Shown here in pieces: positions 9,186 through 19,306 of a stretch of 64,000 nt of DNA. The position numbers and the translations under genes are program-made. The DNA lies in contig OZ219815.1 of assembly GCA_964291235.2 (NCBI GenBank), positions 1,056,001 to 1,120,000 on the forward strand, in the 5' to 3' direction. Origin of the DNA: Vicinamibacteria bacterium (lineage in GTDB: Bacteria; Acidobacteriota; Vicinamibacteria; Marinacidobacterales; Marinacidobacteraceae). Within the stretch, counting starts at the first letter, position 1. Each line of letters starts with the position of its first letter. The notes under the pieces were generated by a model. It saw only the letters and a program-made list of their open reading frames with translations. It searched no databases and was not told where the DNA came from.

Positions 9186-10577
9186 ATGAGTCTTCATACC
9201 GTGCGCCGCGGGTTCGACGTACGCCTCCAGGGTGCCCCGGCGGCGGACGGGCGGGCGGACGAACTCCGCGTCCCGTCCCGGATCGCGCTGCTCGGTGCGG
9301 ACTACCCGGGGATGCGGCCCACCATGCGGGTCCGGGAGGGCGACTCGGTCTCCCGGGGCAGCGTCCTCTTCGAGGATAAGAAGACTCCCGGGATCCGCTT
9401 CACCGCGCCGCTCGGCGGGCGGGTGATCGCCGTGCACCGGGGCGAACGCCGCGCCTTCTTGTCACTGGTGATCGAGGTGAACCCCGGCGAGCGCGCCGGC
9501 GGCGGCAGTTCGGGACACGCCGCGGCAGCCTGGAGCGGGCGTCATCCGGACGCGCTCGGCGAGGACCCGGTCCAGGAGCTCCTGCTCGAATCGGGAGAGT
9601 GGACCGCGATCCGCACCCGGCCGTTCGGGCGGGTTGCGAACCCCGCGACCCGGCCGCAGGCAATCTTCGTGACGGCGACGGACACCGCTCCGCTCGCGCC
9701 CGACCCCGTCGCCGCGGTCGCCGGACGGGAGACGGACCTCGAGTGGGGACTCGCAGCCATAGCGCAGCTCACCTCCGGGCCGGTCTTCGTCTGTTCGCGT
9801 CCCGGGAAGCGACTCCCGGTGGACGGCGGGGAACGGATACGCCACGAAGAGTTCAGCGGCCCCCATCCCGCCGGGACCGCGGGCCTTCACATCCACCGGC
9901 TCGCGCCCGTGCGCCGCGACCGGGAGGCGTGGCACCTCGACGCCCAGGACCTGGCCTCCATCGGCAGTCTTTTCCGCACCGGCGCCGGAGACGCCCACCG
10001 GGTGGTCGCGCTGGGGGGACCGCCGGTTCGCCGCCCCACGCTCATGCGGACGCCCATCGGGGCTTCGCTGGCGGAGTTCGCGGCGCCGGAGCCGGCAGCG
10101 GGACGGGAGCCGGGGGAACGCCGGGTCGTTTCCGGGTCGCTCCTCTCCGGGCGGATCGCCGGGGACGAGGCGACCGGCTTCCTCGGCCGGTATCACCGGC
10201 AGGTCACGGTGCTCGAAGAGGACCGCCGCCGGCGTTTGCTGGGCTGGCTCGCACCGGGGGCAGGGGCGGTGTCGGCGAGCCGCGCGTTCCTCTCCGCCGC
10301 GCTGCCGGCCCGAGCCCACCCGATCGGCACCGGAACGCACGGTTCCCGCCGGGCCATCGTGCCCATCGCGAGCTACGACCGGGTGATGGCGTTCGATATT
10401 CCCGCGGTGATGCTGCTCCGCGCCCTCCTGATGGAGGACATCGAGCGGGCCGAAGAGCTCGGGGTGCTCGAACTCATCGAGGAAGACCTCGGCCTGCTGA
10501 CCTTCGCCTGCCCGGCGAAAAATGACTACGGCCCCGCCCTCCGGCGCGTCCTCGACACGCTCGAGAAAGAAGGCTAG
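9186..10577 (+). CDS. nqrA: Na+-translocating NADH:quinone reductase subunit A
   Basis: GMRPTMRVREGD, LFEDKKTPG, GPHPAG, LELIEEDL...CPAKNDYG; first gene of the operon. Confidence 0.95.
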   Translation: MSLHTVRRGFDVRLQGAPAADGRADELRVPSRIALLGADYPGMRPTMRVREGDSVSRGSVLFEDKKTPGIRFTAPLGGRVIAVHRGERRAFLSLVIEVNPGERAGGGSSGHAAAAWSGRHPDALGEDPVQELLLESGEWTAIRTRPFGRVANPATRPQAIFVTATDTAPLAPDPVAAVAGRETDLEWGLAAIAQLTSGPVFVCSRPGKRLPVDGGERIRHEEFSGPHPAGTAGLHIHRLAPVRRDREAWHLDAQDLASIGSLFRTGAGDAHRVVALGGPPVRRPTLMRTPIGASLAEFAAPEPAAGREPGERRVVSGSLLSGRIAGDEATGFLGRYHRQVTVLEEDRRRRLLGWLAPGAGAVSASRAFLSAALPARAHPIGTGTHGSRRAIVPIASYDRVMAFDIPAVMLLRALLMEDIERAEELGVLELIEEDLGLLTFACPAKNDYGPALRRVLDTLEKEG

Positions 10578-10583
10578 ATCGCG

Positions 10584-11840
10584 GTGCTGCGCAAGACCCT
10601 CGATCGCCTCGGCGCACCGTTCGAGCCGGGAGGCCGGCTCCACCGCCTGTGGCCGCTCTGGGACGCCCAGGACACCTTCCTCTACACCCCGGGGAAGACC
10701 ACTGCCGGGCCGTCGCACGGCCGCGACCGCCTGGACATGAAGCGGCTCATGTTCACGGTGGTCATCGCGCTCGCCGGCACCGTGGCGATGGCCTTTTACA
10801 ACACCGGCCTCCAGGCGAACCTCGCGATATCGCAGGGCGCCACGCCGCTCCCCGGCTGGCGGACGGCGGCGATCGAGGCGCTCGGGATCGGTTTCTCTCC
10901 CGACAGCGTGCTGGCGGCGGTCGTCCACGGCGGACTCTGGTACCTGCCGGTCCTGATCGTGACCTTCGCGGTCGGCGGCCTCTGGGAGGTGCTCTTCGCG
11001 GTGATCCGCCGCCACGAGGTGAGCGAGGGCTTCCTGGTCACCGGGATGCTCTTCCCGCTCATCCTGCCGCCCACGGTGCCGCTTTGGCAGGTGGCGCTCG
11101 GCATCAGTTTCGGGGTCGTGGTCGGCAAGGAAATCTTCGGGGGCAGCGGTTTCAACATCCTGAACCCCGCCCTGACTGCTCGGGCCTTCCTCTTCTTTGC
11201 CTACCCCAGCGACTTGACCGGCGACCGCATCTGGATCGCCGCCGACACCGCTCCGGACGCCGTCAGCGGGGCGACCTGGCTCGCCCGTTTCAGCCTCGTC
11301 GGTCCGGAAGCCCTTCCGGAGACCTTCCATCCGGCGGGCGGAGCCGGCATCTCCGCCTGGGACGCCTTCATCGGACTGCTCCCCGGCTCGATGGGAGAGA
11401 CCTCGGTGCTGGCCTGCCTCTTCGGCGCCGTGATCCTCGCGGCGACCGGGATCGGCTCGCTCCGGATCATGCTCGCGGTGGCGGCGGGAACCCTGGTGAT
11501 GGGCGGCCTCCTGAACCTCGTCGGCTCGGACACGAATCCGTTCTTCGCCATCCCCTTCTGGTGGCACTACCTGCTGGGCGGATGGGCTTTCGGCACCGTC
11601 TTCATGGCCACCGAGCCGGTGACCGCCCCCTCCACGAGCGGCGGCCGGCTGGTTTACGGCTTCCTGATCGGCGTGCTCGTGGTCCTGATTCGGGTCGTGA
11701 ATCCCGCCTATCCGGAGGGCATGATGCTCTCCATCCTGCTGATGAACGTCTTCGCGCCGCTCATCGATCACTTCGCCCTGCGGAGCAACATCCGCCGCCG
11801 GGCCGCCGCGTCGGCGCTCGTTACCGCAGGGCGCGGCTAA
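10584..11840 (+). CDS. nqrB: Na+-NQR subunit B
   Basis: HGRDRLDMKR, EGFLVTGMLF, KEIFGGSG, FMN site DAVSGAT, YPEGMMLSILLMN. Confidence 0.97.
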   Translation: MLRKTLDRLGAPFEPGGRLHRLWPLWDAQDTFLYTPGKTTAGPSHGRDRLDMKRLMFTVVIALAGTVAMAFYNTGLQANLAISQGATPLPGWRTAAIEALGIGFSPDSVLAAVVHGGLWYLPVLIVTFAVGGLWEVLFAVIRRHEVSEGFLVTGMLFPLILPPTVPLWQVALGISFGVVVGKEIFGGSGFNILNPALTARAFLFFAYPSDLTGDRIWIAADTAPDAVSGATWLARFSLVGPEALPETFHPAGGAGISAWDAFIGLLPGSMGETSVLACLFGAVILAATGIGSLRIMLAVAAGTLVMGGLLNLVGSDTNPFFAIPFWWHYLLGGWAFGTVFMATEPVTAPSTSGGRLVYGFLIGVLVVLIRVVNPAYPEGMMLSILLMNVFAPLIDHFALRSNIRRRAAASALVTAGRG

Positions 11841-11860
11841 ATTCCGGTGGCCGTCCTCTC

Positions 11861-12634
11861 GTGAGCACCGCCCGCTACATCCTGGCGTTCGCGGGCGCCG
11901 TGTGCCTGGTCTGCGCCGTGATGGTTTCCGGCTCGGCGGTGGCCCTCCGGGACCTCCAGGCGGCGAACGCCGAACGGGAGCGCCAGCGCAACGTCCTTTT
12001 TGCCGCCGGACTCGCGAACCCGGACGAAGAACTCTCCGAAGCCGACATGGCCGAACGTTTCGCCGCGGTGCGCGCGGTGGTGGTGGATCTCGAGACCGGA
12101 GAGGAACTTCCGGACGTGGACCCCGCGACCGTGGACCCACTGGTGGAGGCCGGGATCACGGACTCATCGCGGGCGGCCCCCGACAATTTGGCCCGGATTC
12201 GACGGGTGGAGCGACGTTCGGTCGTCTACCTGGTGGAGGCGGAGGGCGATCTGGACGCTGTCGTGCTTCCGGTCCGGGGACAGGGGCTCTGGTCGGTGCT
12301 CTACGGGTACCTGGCCCTCGAGGCGGACCTCGACACGGTCCGTGGGCTCACCTTCTACGAACACAAGGAAACTCCCGGCCTCGGCGGCGAGGTGGACAAC
12401 CCCAGCTGGAAGGCCCTCTGGCCGGGCCGCCGGGTGTTCGGATCCGCCGGCGAGCCGATCATCGAGGTGGTGCGGGCGGCCGCCGGGCCGGTCGCCGAGG
12501 ACCCGCACCGCGTGGACGGGCTCGCCGGCGCCACCATGACCAGTCGCGGGGTGACGAACCTGCTGCGATTCTGGCTCGCCGAGAACGGGTTCGGCCCCTT
12601 CCTCGTGCGTCTGAGCGCGGCCGCGGGCGACTAG
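11861..12634 (+). CDS. nqrC: Na+-NQR subunit C
   Basis: GTG at 11861; GQGLWS, HKETPGLGGEV, FMN site DGLAGATMTS. Confidence 0.95.
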   Translation: MSTARYILAFAGAVCLVCAVMVSGSAVALRDLQAANAERERQRNVLFAAGLANPDEELSEADMAERFAAVRAVVVDLETGEELPDVDPATVDPLVEAGITDSSRAAPDNLARIRRVERRSVVYLVEAEGDLDAVVLPVRGQGLWSVLYGYLALEADLDTVRGLTFYEHKETPGLGGEVDNPSWKALWPGRRVFGSAGEPIIEVVRAAAGPVAEDPHRVDGLAGATMTSRGVTNLLRFWLAENGFGPFLVRLSAAAGD

Positions 12635-12640
12635 GCGGAA

Positions 12641-13264
12641 ATGGCGAGCGAAACCCGGCGGGTCCTGATGGATCCGCTCATCCACAACAACCCGATCGCA
12701 CTCCAGGTGCTCGGGATCTGTTCGGCCCTCGCGGTCACCACCGGGATGCAGACGTCGGTGGTGATGAGCGTCGCCGTGGTCGCGGTGATCGCGCTGTCCA
12801 ACCTGTCGGTGAGCCTGCTCCGGAACATGATCCCCACCAACATCCGGATCATCGTCCAGCTCACCATCATCGCCTCGCTGGTCATCGTCACCGACCAGAT
12901 CCTGAAGGCGTACGTCTATGAGATCTCGAAGCAGCTCAGCGTCTTCGTGGGCCTCATCATCACGAACTGCATCATCATGGGCCGGGCGGAGGCGTTCGCG
13001 ATGCAGAACCCGCCGCTCAAGAGCCTCATCGACGGGATCGGGAACGGGATGGGCTACGCGGCCATCCTGCTGGTGGTCGGGGCGTCGCGCGAGGTGCTCG
13101 GCGCCGGGACCTTCTGGGGCATCCCGGTGCTGCCGCTCGCTTCGGAGGGCGGCTGGTTCACTCCCAACGGGCTGATGAGCCTGTCGCCGGGCGCGTTCTT
13201 CGTCATCGGGTTCCTGATCTGGATCCTGCGGACCTTCCGGCCCGAGCAGAACGAGGCGGAGTGA
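12641..13264 (+). CDS. nqrD: Na+-NQR subunit D
   Basis: [34 protein letters not shown]. Confidence 0.97.
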   Translation: MASETRRVLMDPLIHNNPIALQVLGICSALAVTTGMQTSVVMSVAVVAVIALSNLSVSLLRNMIPTNIRIIVQLTIIASLVIVTDQILKAYVYEISKQLSVFVGLIITNCIIMGRAEAFAMQNPPLKSLIDGIGNGMGYAAILLVVGASREVLGAGTFWGIPVLPLASEGGWFTPNGLMSLSPGAFFVIGFLIWILRTFRPEQNEAE

Positions 13265-13881
13265 TGCTCCAGGACTACCTGAACATCGCGGTCAAGGCGA
13301 TCTTCGTGGAGAACATGGCCCTGACCTTCTTCCTCGGGATGTGCTCATTCCTCGCGGTCTCGAAGCGGGTCAGCACCGCCATCGGCCTGGGACTGGCGGT
13401 CGTCTTCGTCCTCACCGTGACGACCCCGCTGAACCACGCCATCAATGACTACCTGCTCCGACCCGGCGCGCTCGGCTGGGCGCATGCCTCGCTCTCGGGT
13501 CAGGACCTGTCCTTCCTGCGTTTCTTGACCTTCATCGGGACGATCGCGGCCACCGTGCAGGTGGTGGAGATGACGCTCGACCGGTTCTTCCCGACGCTCC
13601 ACGCCGCCCTCGGGGTGTTCCTGCCGCTCATCGCGGTGAACTGCGCGATCCTGGGGGCATCGCTGCTGATGGTCGAGCGGGGGCTCACCCTGCCGGAGTC
13701 CGCGGTGTTTGGCTTCGGGTCCGGGGTCGGCTGGCTGCTCGCCATCGCCGCCCTCGCCGGGATCCGGGAGCGATTGCGCTACCACCACATCCCGGCCGGG
13801 CTGCGCGGCCTCGGCATCACCTTCCTGCTCACCGGGCTGATGGCCATTGGCTTCATGGCCTTCGGCGGCATTCAGCTCTAG
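13261..13881 (+). CDS. nqrE: Na+-NQR subunit E
   Basis: [37 protein letters not shown]. Confidence 0.97.
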   Translation: MMLQDYLNIAVKAIFVENMALTFFLGMCSFLAVSKRVSTAIGLGLAVVFVLTVTTPLNHAINDYLLRPGALGWAHASLSGQDLSFLRFLTFIGTIAATVQVVEMTLDRFFPTLHAALGVFLPLIAVNCAILGASLLMVERGLTLPESAVFGFGSGVGWLLAIAALAGIRERLRYHHIPAGLRGLGITFLLTGLMAIGFMAFGGIQL

Positions 13882-13892
13882 GGCAAATCCCC

Positions 13893-15122
13893 GTGACGAC
13901 GGTCCTCCTCGGAGTCGCCGGTTTCACCGGGGTCATCCTCGCCCTCGTGGTCGTGCTCCTCTACGCGCGGAAACGGCTGGTGGCCACCGGCGAGGTCACG
14001 ATCCGCATCAACGGCGACCCGGAGCACGACGTCTGCACCCCGGCGGGGGGCACGCTGCTCGGGACCCTGGCGGCGAACGGCCTCTTCATTCCTTCGGCAT
14101 GCGGCGGCAAGGGGAGCTGCGGGGTCTGCACCCTGCGGGTGCTCGACGGCGGGGGCGCCGTACTCCCGACCGAGCGCAGCCACCTGACCCGGGGCGAGGA
14201 ACGCGAGGGCGTCCGGCTCTCGTGCCAGGTCAAGGTGAAGCAGGACGTCAGCATCGAGGTGCCGCCGGAGCTTTTCAGCGTGCGCCAGTGGAAGTGCAGG
14301 GTCCGGTCGAACCACAACGTTGCCACCTTCATCAAGGAACTCGTGCTGGAGCTGCCCGCCGGCGAGGAGGTCCCCTTCCGGGCGGGTGGTTACATCCAGA
14401 TCGAGTGCCCGGCCTACGACCTGACCTATGGGGACTTCGACATCGAGGAGGAGTACCGCGACGACTGGGACCGTTTCAACATGTGGCAGTACAAGGCCAC
14501 CGTTGCCGAGAACGAGGAGGTCGTGCGGGCCTATTCGATGGCGAACTATCCCGAGGAGCGCGGGATCATCCTGCTGAATGTGCGCATCGCCTCGCCGCCG
14601 CCCCGGATGCCCGACGTCCCGCCAGGCAAGATGACGTCGTACCTGTTCGGGTTGAAACCCGGGGACGAAGTGACCATCTCGGGGCCCTTCGGCGAGTTCT
14701 TCGCCAAGGAGAGCGGCAACGAGATGGTCTTCGTGGGCGGCGGAGCGGGCATGGCGCCCATGCGTTCCCACATCTTCGACCAGTTCCGCCGGCTCAACAC
14801 GGACCGCAAGGTCTCCTTCTGGTACGGCGCGCGCAGCCTCCGGGAGGCCTTCTACCAGGAAGACTTCGACGCGATCGCCGCCGAGAACCCCAACTTCGAC
14901 TGGAAGCTGGCGCTCTCCGAGCCGCTCCCCGAGGACAACTGGACCGGCTACACCGGGTTCATCCACCAGGTCCTCTACGACAACTACCTGAAGGACCATC
15001 CCAATCCCGAAGACGCCGAGTACTACCTGTGCGGTCCGCCAATGATGCTGAAGGCTTGTCTCCAGATGCTCGACAGCCTGGGCGTGGAGCCCGAGAACAT
15101 CGCCTTCGACGACTTCGGATAG
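13893..15122 (+). CDS. nqrF: Na+-NQR subunit F
   Basis: 2Fe-2S motif [36 protein letters not shown]-terminus. Confidence 0.98.
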   Translation: MTTVLLGVAGFTGVILALVVVLLYARKRLVATGEVTIRINGDPEHDVCTPAGGTLLGTLAANGLFIPSACGGKGSCGVCTLRVLDGGGAVLPTERSHLTRGEEREGVRLSCQVKVKQDVSIEVPPELFSVRQWKCRVRSNHNVATFIKELVLELPAGEEVPFRAGGYIQIECPAYDLTYGDFDIEEEYRDDWDRFNMWQYKATVAENEEVVRAYSMANYPEERGIILLNVRIASPPPRMPDVPPGKMTSYLFGLKPGDEVTISGPFGEFFAKESGNEMVFVGGGAGMAPMRSHIFDQFRRLNTDRKVSFWYGARSLREAFYQEDFDAIAAENPNFDWKLALSEPLPEDNWTGYTGFIHQVLYDNYLKDHPNPEDAEYYLCGPPMMLKACLQMLDSLGVEPENIAFDDFG

Positions 15123-15201
15123 CGCCGCCGTCGGATCCGGTGGCGTATAACTACGTCGCACCACGGCGACACCACGCCACTCTGGGCAAAGGGGAAACAG
15201 C

Positions 15202-15522
15202 ATGGCCAAGTACATGTTCCGGACCAACTACACGCAGTCGGGCCTCAAGGGACTGATCGCCGAGGGCGGCAGCGGCCGGGAAGCGGCGCTGCGCCAGACC
15301 GTCGAGAGCGCCGGAGGCACCCTGGAAGGGTTCTATTACGCCTTTGGCGACTGCGACCTCTATCTGATCGTTGACCTTCCCGACGAAACGGCAGCGACGA
15401 CGCTTTCCCTGAACATCGCCGCCGCGGGCGCTCTCACCGTTCAGGTGACCGTCCTGCTCACCCCGCAGGACATCGACGCGGCAGTCAAGAAGTCGGTCCA
15501 GTACCGGTTGCCCGGCGCCTGA
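15202..15522 (+). CDS. GYD-domain protein
   Basis: 106 aa; GGTLEGFYYAFGDCD pattern. Confidence 0.8.
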   Translation: MAKYMFRTNYTQSGLKGLIAEGGSGREAALRQTVESAGGTLEGFYYAFGDCDLYLIVDLPDETAATTLSLNIAAAGALTVQVTVLLTPQDIDAAVKKSVQYRLPGA

Positions 15523-15590
15523 CACCCGAAAGCGCCAAGGAGCGCCGGCCTCCGGCCGGCATCGCTCGCCGGAGGCGAGCGAAACGCGCA

Positions 15591-16613
15591 CTGCCGCTCG
15601 CGCTCGCAGCGCTGGCAGGCGGTGCCGCGGCCGCCTGCGCCCCGCCGCCCGAACCGACCTGGACCCTCGACGGGGAAGCCTTCGGTACCCGCTGGACGGT
15701 CCGCATTCGCGGCCCGGAGACGGATTCCGAAACCGTGCGGGCGGCGATGGAAGCCGAACTCGACGCGGTGGACCGGAGCATGTCCAACTGGCGGGCGGAC
15801 TCCGAGCTCTCCCGCCTGAACGCGTCGGACTCCACGGGTCCCTTCCCGATTTCGGGTCCCCTCGCGGATGTCCTGGAAGCGGCGCTCCGGGTCCATGAGG
15901 AATCCGCCGGGGCGTTCGACATCACCGTCGGCCCCCTGCTCCGCTTGTTCGGCTTCGGCCCGGGGGGCGACCGGGACCTCGCCGCGCCCGATCCCGGAGC
16001 GGTTGCAGCCGCCCGCGCCCGGGTGGGGAGCGGCCTGCTTTCCCTGGAGCGGTCCGGCGGGCGGGCCCTGCTCGAGCGAGAGGTTCCCGGGGTCGAGATG
16101 GATCTCTCCGGAATCGCCAAGGGCTACGCGGTGGACCGGCTCGCCGCGGTGCTCGCGGACCTCGGTCTTGCCGAGCATCTTGTCGAGGTGGGTGGCGAGA
16201 TCCGGGCCACCGGAGACTGGACGGCGGGCATCCAGAATCCGGCGGTCGGTCTCGCGACCCAGGTGCACCGCGCGTTTCCGATCCGCGACCTGGGGATGGC
16301 CACCTCCGGCGGGTACCGCGATTTCCGGACGGCGGCGGACGGGGCGGACGGGGACGATCGCTACTGGACCCACATCCTGGACCCGCGCGCCGGACGGCCG
16401 GTCGAGCGCCGGACCGGTTCCGTCACGGTGCTCGCGGAGTCGTGTCTCGATGCCGACGCCTGGGCCACGGCCCTCTACGTGCTCGGGCCGGCCGAAGGGC
16501 TGGCCCTCGCGGAGGCGAAGGACATCGCCGCGCTCTTCCTGACCGCGGACCCGGCGGGACGCATTCAGGAACAGGCAACCAGCGCCTTCCGCACGGCTAC
16601 CGCCCCTCGCTGA
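15591..16613 (+). CDS. apbE: FAD:protein FMN transferase ApbE (start codon unresolved)
   Basis: GEAFGTRW, FDITVGPL, DLSGIAKGYAVD, VEVGGEI, ATSGGY, HILDP, ADAWATA; an in-frame lipoprotein signal LPLALAALAGGAAAAC lies upstream of the ORF-track start at 15735. Confidence 0.9.
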   Translation: MPLALAALAGGAAAACAPPPEPTWTLDGEAFGTRWTVRIRGPETDSETVRAAMEAELDAVDRSMSNWRADSELSRLNASDSTGPFPISGPLADVLEAALRVHEESAGAFDITVGPLLRLFGFGPGGDRDLAAPDPGAVAAARARVGSGLLSLERSGGRALLEREVPGVEMDLSGIAKGYAVDRLAAVLADLGLAEHLVEVGGEIRATGDWTAGIQNPAVGLATQVHRAFPIRDLGMATSGGYRDFRTAADGADGDDRYWTHILDPRAGRPVERRTGSVTVLAESCLDADAWATALYVLGPAEGLALAEAKDIAALFLTADPAGRIQEQATSAFRTATAPR

Positions 16614-16756
16614 TCCGCCGTACGTGGCGCTGGCTCCCCCAACGCCAGGACGGCTCCCCCCTCGGCGCGGACCCCAACGGCCCCCACAGCACCGCCCGCA
16701 AGGGAACGCCGACCTCTGAGCTTGCCCCGGTTTCTCGGACCAGTGGGAGCGCCGGT

Positions 16757-17605
16757 TCATGGCGGCCCCCGGAGTTGTTGTTCGAAGTCTACGGGTGACA
16801 GGTAGCCGAGGGCGGAGTGCCGCCGATAAGGGTTGTACCAAGCCTCGATGAACTCGAAGACGGCTTCGCCGGCAGCTTTGGGGTTGGGGAACTGGGTCCG
16901 GTCGAGCACCTCGCACTCCAGGGTGGCGAAGAAGGACTCCGCCATCGCGTTGTCGTAGCAGTCCCCCACCGAACCCATGGAAGGCCGGACCCCGGTGGCC
17001 CGGCAGCGGCGCCCGAACGCCACCGAGGTGTATTGGCACCCCTGGTCCGAGTGGTGGATCACTCCCTGGGGCCGCCGCTGCTCGAGCGCCATGTCCAAGG
17101 CTTTCAGGACCAGGGTGGCCCGCGCATGCAGCGCCATCGCCCAGCCCACCACCCGCCGGCTGCAGGCGTCCACAACCACCGCCAGGTGCAACATTCGCGT
17201 CCGCGTCGGGATGTAGGTGATGTCGGCCACCCAGAGCTGGTCCAGAGCCGTGGCCTCGAAGTTCCGGTCCACCAGGTCCGGCGCCGGCCGCGCCTCGCCG
17301 TCCCGGATCGTGGTGCGGACGCGGCGTCGGCGGCTTACACCACAGATCCCCAACGCCCGCATCAGCCGCGCAACCCGCTTCCGGCTCGTCTGGTTTCCCC
17401 GCGCTGCCAACTCCGCCCGGATCCGCGGCGCCCCGTAGGTGCCTCGACTCGCCGCATGGGCCGCCGCGATCTCCACCTTCAGGCGCTCGTCCGCCTGAAC
17501 CCGCGCACTGGCCCCGCGGCCACGCCAGGCGTAATACCCACTGCGGGACACTCCCAGCAGGCGCCCCATCTCCCGCACGCTCATCACGGCCCGGCTCGCA
17601 TCCAT
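16757..17605 (-). CDS. IS3 OrfB, DDE transposase
   Basis: YGAPRI, LWVADITY, HHSDQG, DNAMAESFF, YNPYRRHSALGY. Confidence 0.95.
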   Translation of the reverse strand: MDASRAVMSVREMGRLLGVSRSGYYAWRGRGASARVQADERLKVEIAAAHAASRGTYGAPRIRAELAARGNQTSRKRVARLMRALGICGVSRRRRVRTTIRDGEARPAPDLVDRNFEATALDQLWVADITYIPTRTRMLHLAVVVDACSRRVVGWAMALHARATLVLKALDMALEQRRPQGVIHHSDQGCQYTSVAFGRRCRATGVRPSMGSVGDCYDNAMAESFFATLECEVLDRTQFPNPKAAGEAVFEFIEAWYNPYRRHSALGYLSPVDFEQQLRGPP

Positions 17606-17907
17606 CAGTCGGTACCTCCCGACGATGTCTCCCGGGCGAACCAGGCCGCCGCTTTTTTTAGGAAGGCGTTCTCCCGCTGCAGCCGCCGGTTCTCACGTTC
17701 CAGCCGCTTCAACTCCTCCCGCTCCTCTTTCGTCCAGCCGTCGCCCCCGCGGCCCTCCGCCGCATCCGCGTCCATCACCCAACGCCGGATCGCTCGCGGA
17801 CTCGCCTCATACTCCTCTGCGACTTCCTCGGCGCTACGTCCCGAGCGAACCAGCGCAACCACCCGCTTTCGATACTCCGCCGTATATCGGCGGCCAGGAC
17901 TGCCCAT
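17605..17907 (-). CDS. IS3 OrfA (HTH + leucine zipper) with an A7G -1 frameshift site
   Basis: MGSPGRRYTAEYRKR...ELKRLERENRRLQRENAFLKKAAAWFA; AAAAAAAG on the minus strand at 17652-17659. Confidence 0.9.
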   Translation of the reverse strand: MGSPGRRYTAEYRKRVVALVRSGRSAEEVAEEYEASPRAIRRWVMDADAAEGRGGDGWTKEEREELKRLERENRRLQRENAFLKKAAAWFARETSSGGTD

Positions 17908-18326
17908 CTCAGACCTCCTTTGTGCCACCGGCACTATGAGTGGTCCGTTTTCCCGGGGCAACTCCACTCCAGGCCGGCACAGCCCGCCGTAGGCGGGCGT
18001 CGGCACGTCCCCCCCAGCGCCCAGACGGCTCCCCTCTCGGCGCGGCCCCCAACAGCCCCCACAGCACCGCCCGCACGGGAACGCCGGCCTCCAGGCCGGC
18101 ACAGCCCGCCGTAGGCGGGCGGCAGCCCGTACCCCCCGGGGCCAGGGCGGCGCCGCTCTCGGCGTAAACCCCCGCAACCGTAATGTCGCACAGGCACGGG
18201 AACGCCGACCTCCAGGTCGGCACAGCCCGCCGTAGGCGGGCGTCGGCACGTCCCCCCCCAGCGTCCGGACGGTTCCGCTCTCGGCGGAAACTCCAGCAGC
18301 CCTAACGGCGATACGATCCCGGAGCG

Positions 18327-18521
18327 ATGTGGCAGGCCCTCGGAGTCATCCTCCTCTCCCTGGGCGTGGTCGTCCTTTCGATCTTCCTGCTGGGGCTCGG
18401 TTCCCTCCTCAAGGGCCGCTGCACCCTGCGCGGTTGCGGCCCCGAAGGGCCGGCGGGTGACACCTGCGACGGCTGTCCACGGGCCGGGCCGTCCGAATCG
18501 CATCCCCCAATCGAGGTCTGA
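18327..18521 (+). CDS. nqrM: NqrM-like Na+-NQR maturation factor
   Basis: 64 aa; one TM helix then LKGRCTLRGCG...TCDGC; follows apbE as in canonical nqr loci. Confidence 0.7.
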   Translation: MWQALGVILLSLGVVVLSIFLLGLGSLLKGRCTLRGCGPEGPAGDTCDGCPRAGPSESHPPIEV

Positions 18522-18542
18522 GCCTCCGGCTCTCCGAACGGA

Positions 18543-18656
18543 TCAGCGCCGTTCCACGATGGGAGCCAGGCTCTCATCGAGAGACACCCGATGCCTTCCT
18601 CTTGATTCGCGCTTGTAGTCCCGCTTGAACTGGCTGGTCCGCTCAATCGTCCGCAT
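18543..18656 (-). pseudogene. yafQ: Truncated YafQ toxin (37 aa)
   Basis: MRTIERTSQFKRDYKRESRGRHR...-stop; overlaps the dinJ 3' end; catalytic C-terminal part is missing. Confidence 0.8.
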
Positions 18657-18906
18657 GCAGATCGTCGAGCAGAGCCTGCGTGTTGTCGAACCGGGGAAGG
18701 TTCCCCTTGCGGGCTTCCTTCATCGCCTCAACCGTGGCCGCGTTGGGGACAAGGGGTGCGAACGGCAGTGCCTTCTCGTACGCCACGCGGGTCAGCAGAA
18801 GCCGAATGGCGTCGGAGACGGTCAGGCCCACGGCGGCCAGCACGGCGGCCGCCTCCTCCTTCACAGCGGGATCGATGCGAGCTTGGACGAGTTGATTCGC
18901 AGCCAT
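18643..18906 (-). CDS. dinJ: RelB/DinJ antitoxin
   Basis: VQARIDPAVKEEAAAVLAAVGLTVSDAIRLLL...LPF...PNAATVEAMKEAR. Confidence 0.9.
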   Translation of the reverse strand: MAANQLVQARIDPAVKEEAAAVLAAVGLTVSDAIRLLLTRVAYEKALPFAPLVPNAATVEAMKEARKGNLPRFDNTQALLDDLHADD

Positions 18907-18962
18907 AGGGATTCGAGCCCTCCTGTGACTGACATTATCGTTCATTTGAATACAGATGCGGA

Positions 18963-19092
18963 GTGCTCGGGCTCGGCCCGCTCTTGAAGGGCCGTTGCAT
19001 CCTCCGCCGCGGCTGGGTGGAAGGCCGGTCGCCGACTCCCGCGCGACGGCTGTCCCCGGGCGGAGCCGCCGCCAAAAATCGAGGTCTGAGCC
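18963..19092 (+). pseudogene. Degenerate duplicate of the nqrM 3' part
   Basis: Encodes LGLGPLLKGRC; shares GCGACGGCTGTCC and terminal AATCGAGGTCTGAGC with 18387..18524; frameshifted. Confidence 0.85.
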
Positions 19093-19306
19093 GGCGGCCT
19101 CCGGCGCGTTGTGTTTCCGTTCGTCCATGGGGATGTACCTCCAGGACCAATAGACGGAATTTCGACGCGTTTTGTCCCACCCCCGGCCTCGATGGGGAAA
19201 ACTCGAAGCGATGACGCTGCGCGTCCGGCCTGTTCCGCACGGAGCGTTCCGGCGTCGTCGTCCGGCCCCGCGCGGCCGTCCGCCGGCCGTCCGCCGGCCG
19301 CCCGGG

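Larger units (their letters stand above)
16717..17966 (-). mobile_element. IS3-family insertion sequence, 1250 bp
   Basis: TG...CA ends; 26-bp imperfect IRs (TGAGCTTGCCCCGGTTTCTCGGACCA vs TGGAGTTGCCCCGGGAAAACGGACCA, 18/26); 3-bp CTC duplication at 16714-16716 and 17967-17969. Confidence 0.95.
16630..18300 (+). repeat. REP-like cluster interrupted by an IS
   Basis: Units at about 16702 (split by the IS), 18077 and 18197, including GCCGGCCTCCAGGCCGGC and GCCGACCTCCAGGTCGGC. Confidence 0.85.

Noticed and set aside
8406-9189. ORFs over the REP clusters (also 17.9-18.3, 43.3-43.7, 50.7-51.2 and 62.4-62.9 kb)
   Set aside because: Translations of repeat DNA giving the same low-complexity peptides at each cluster
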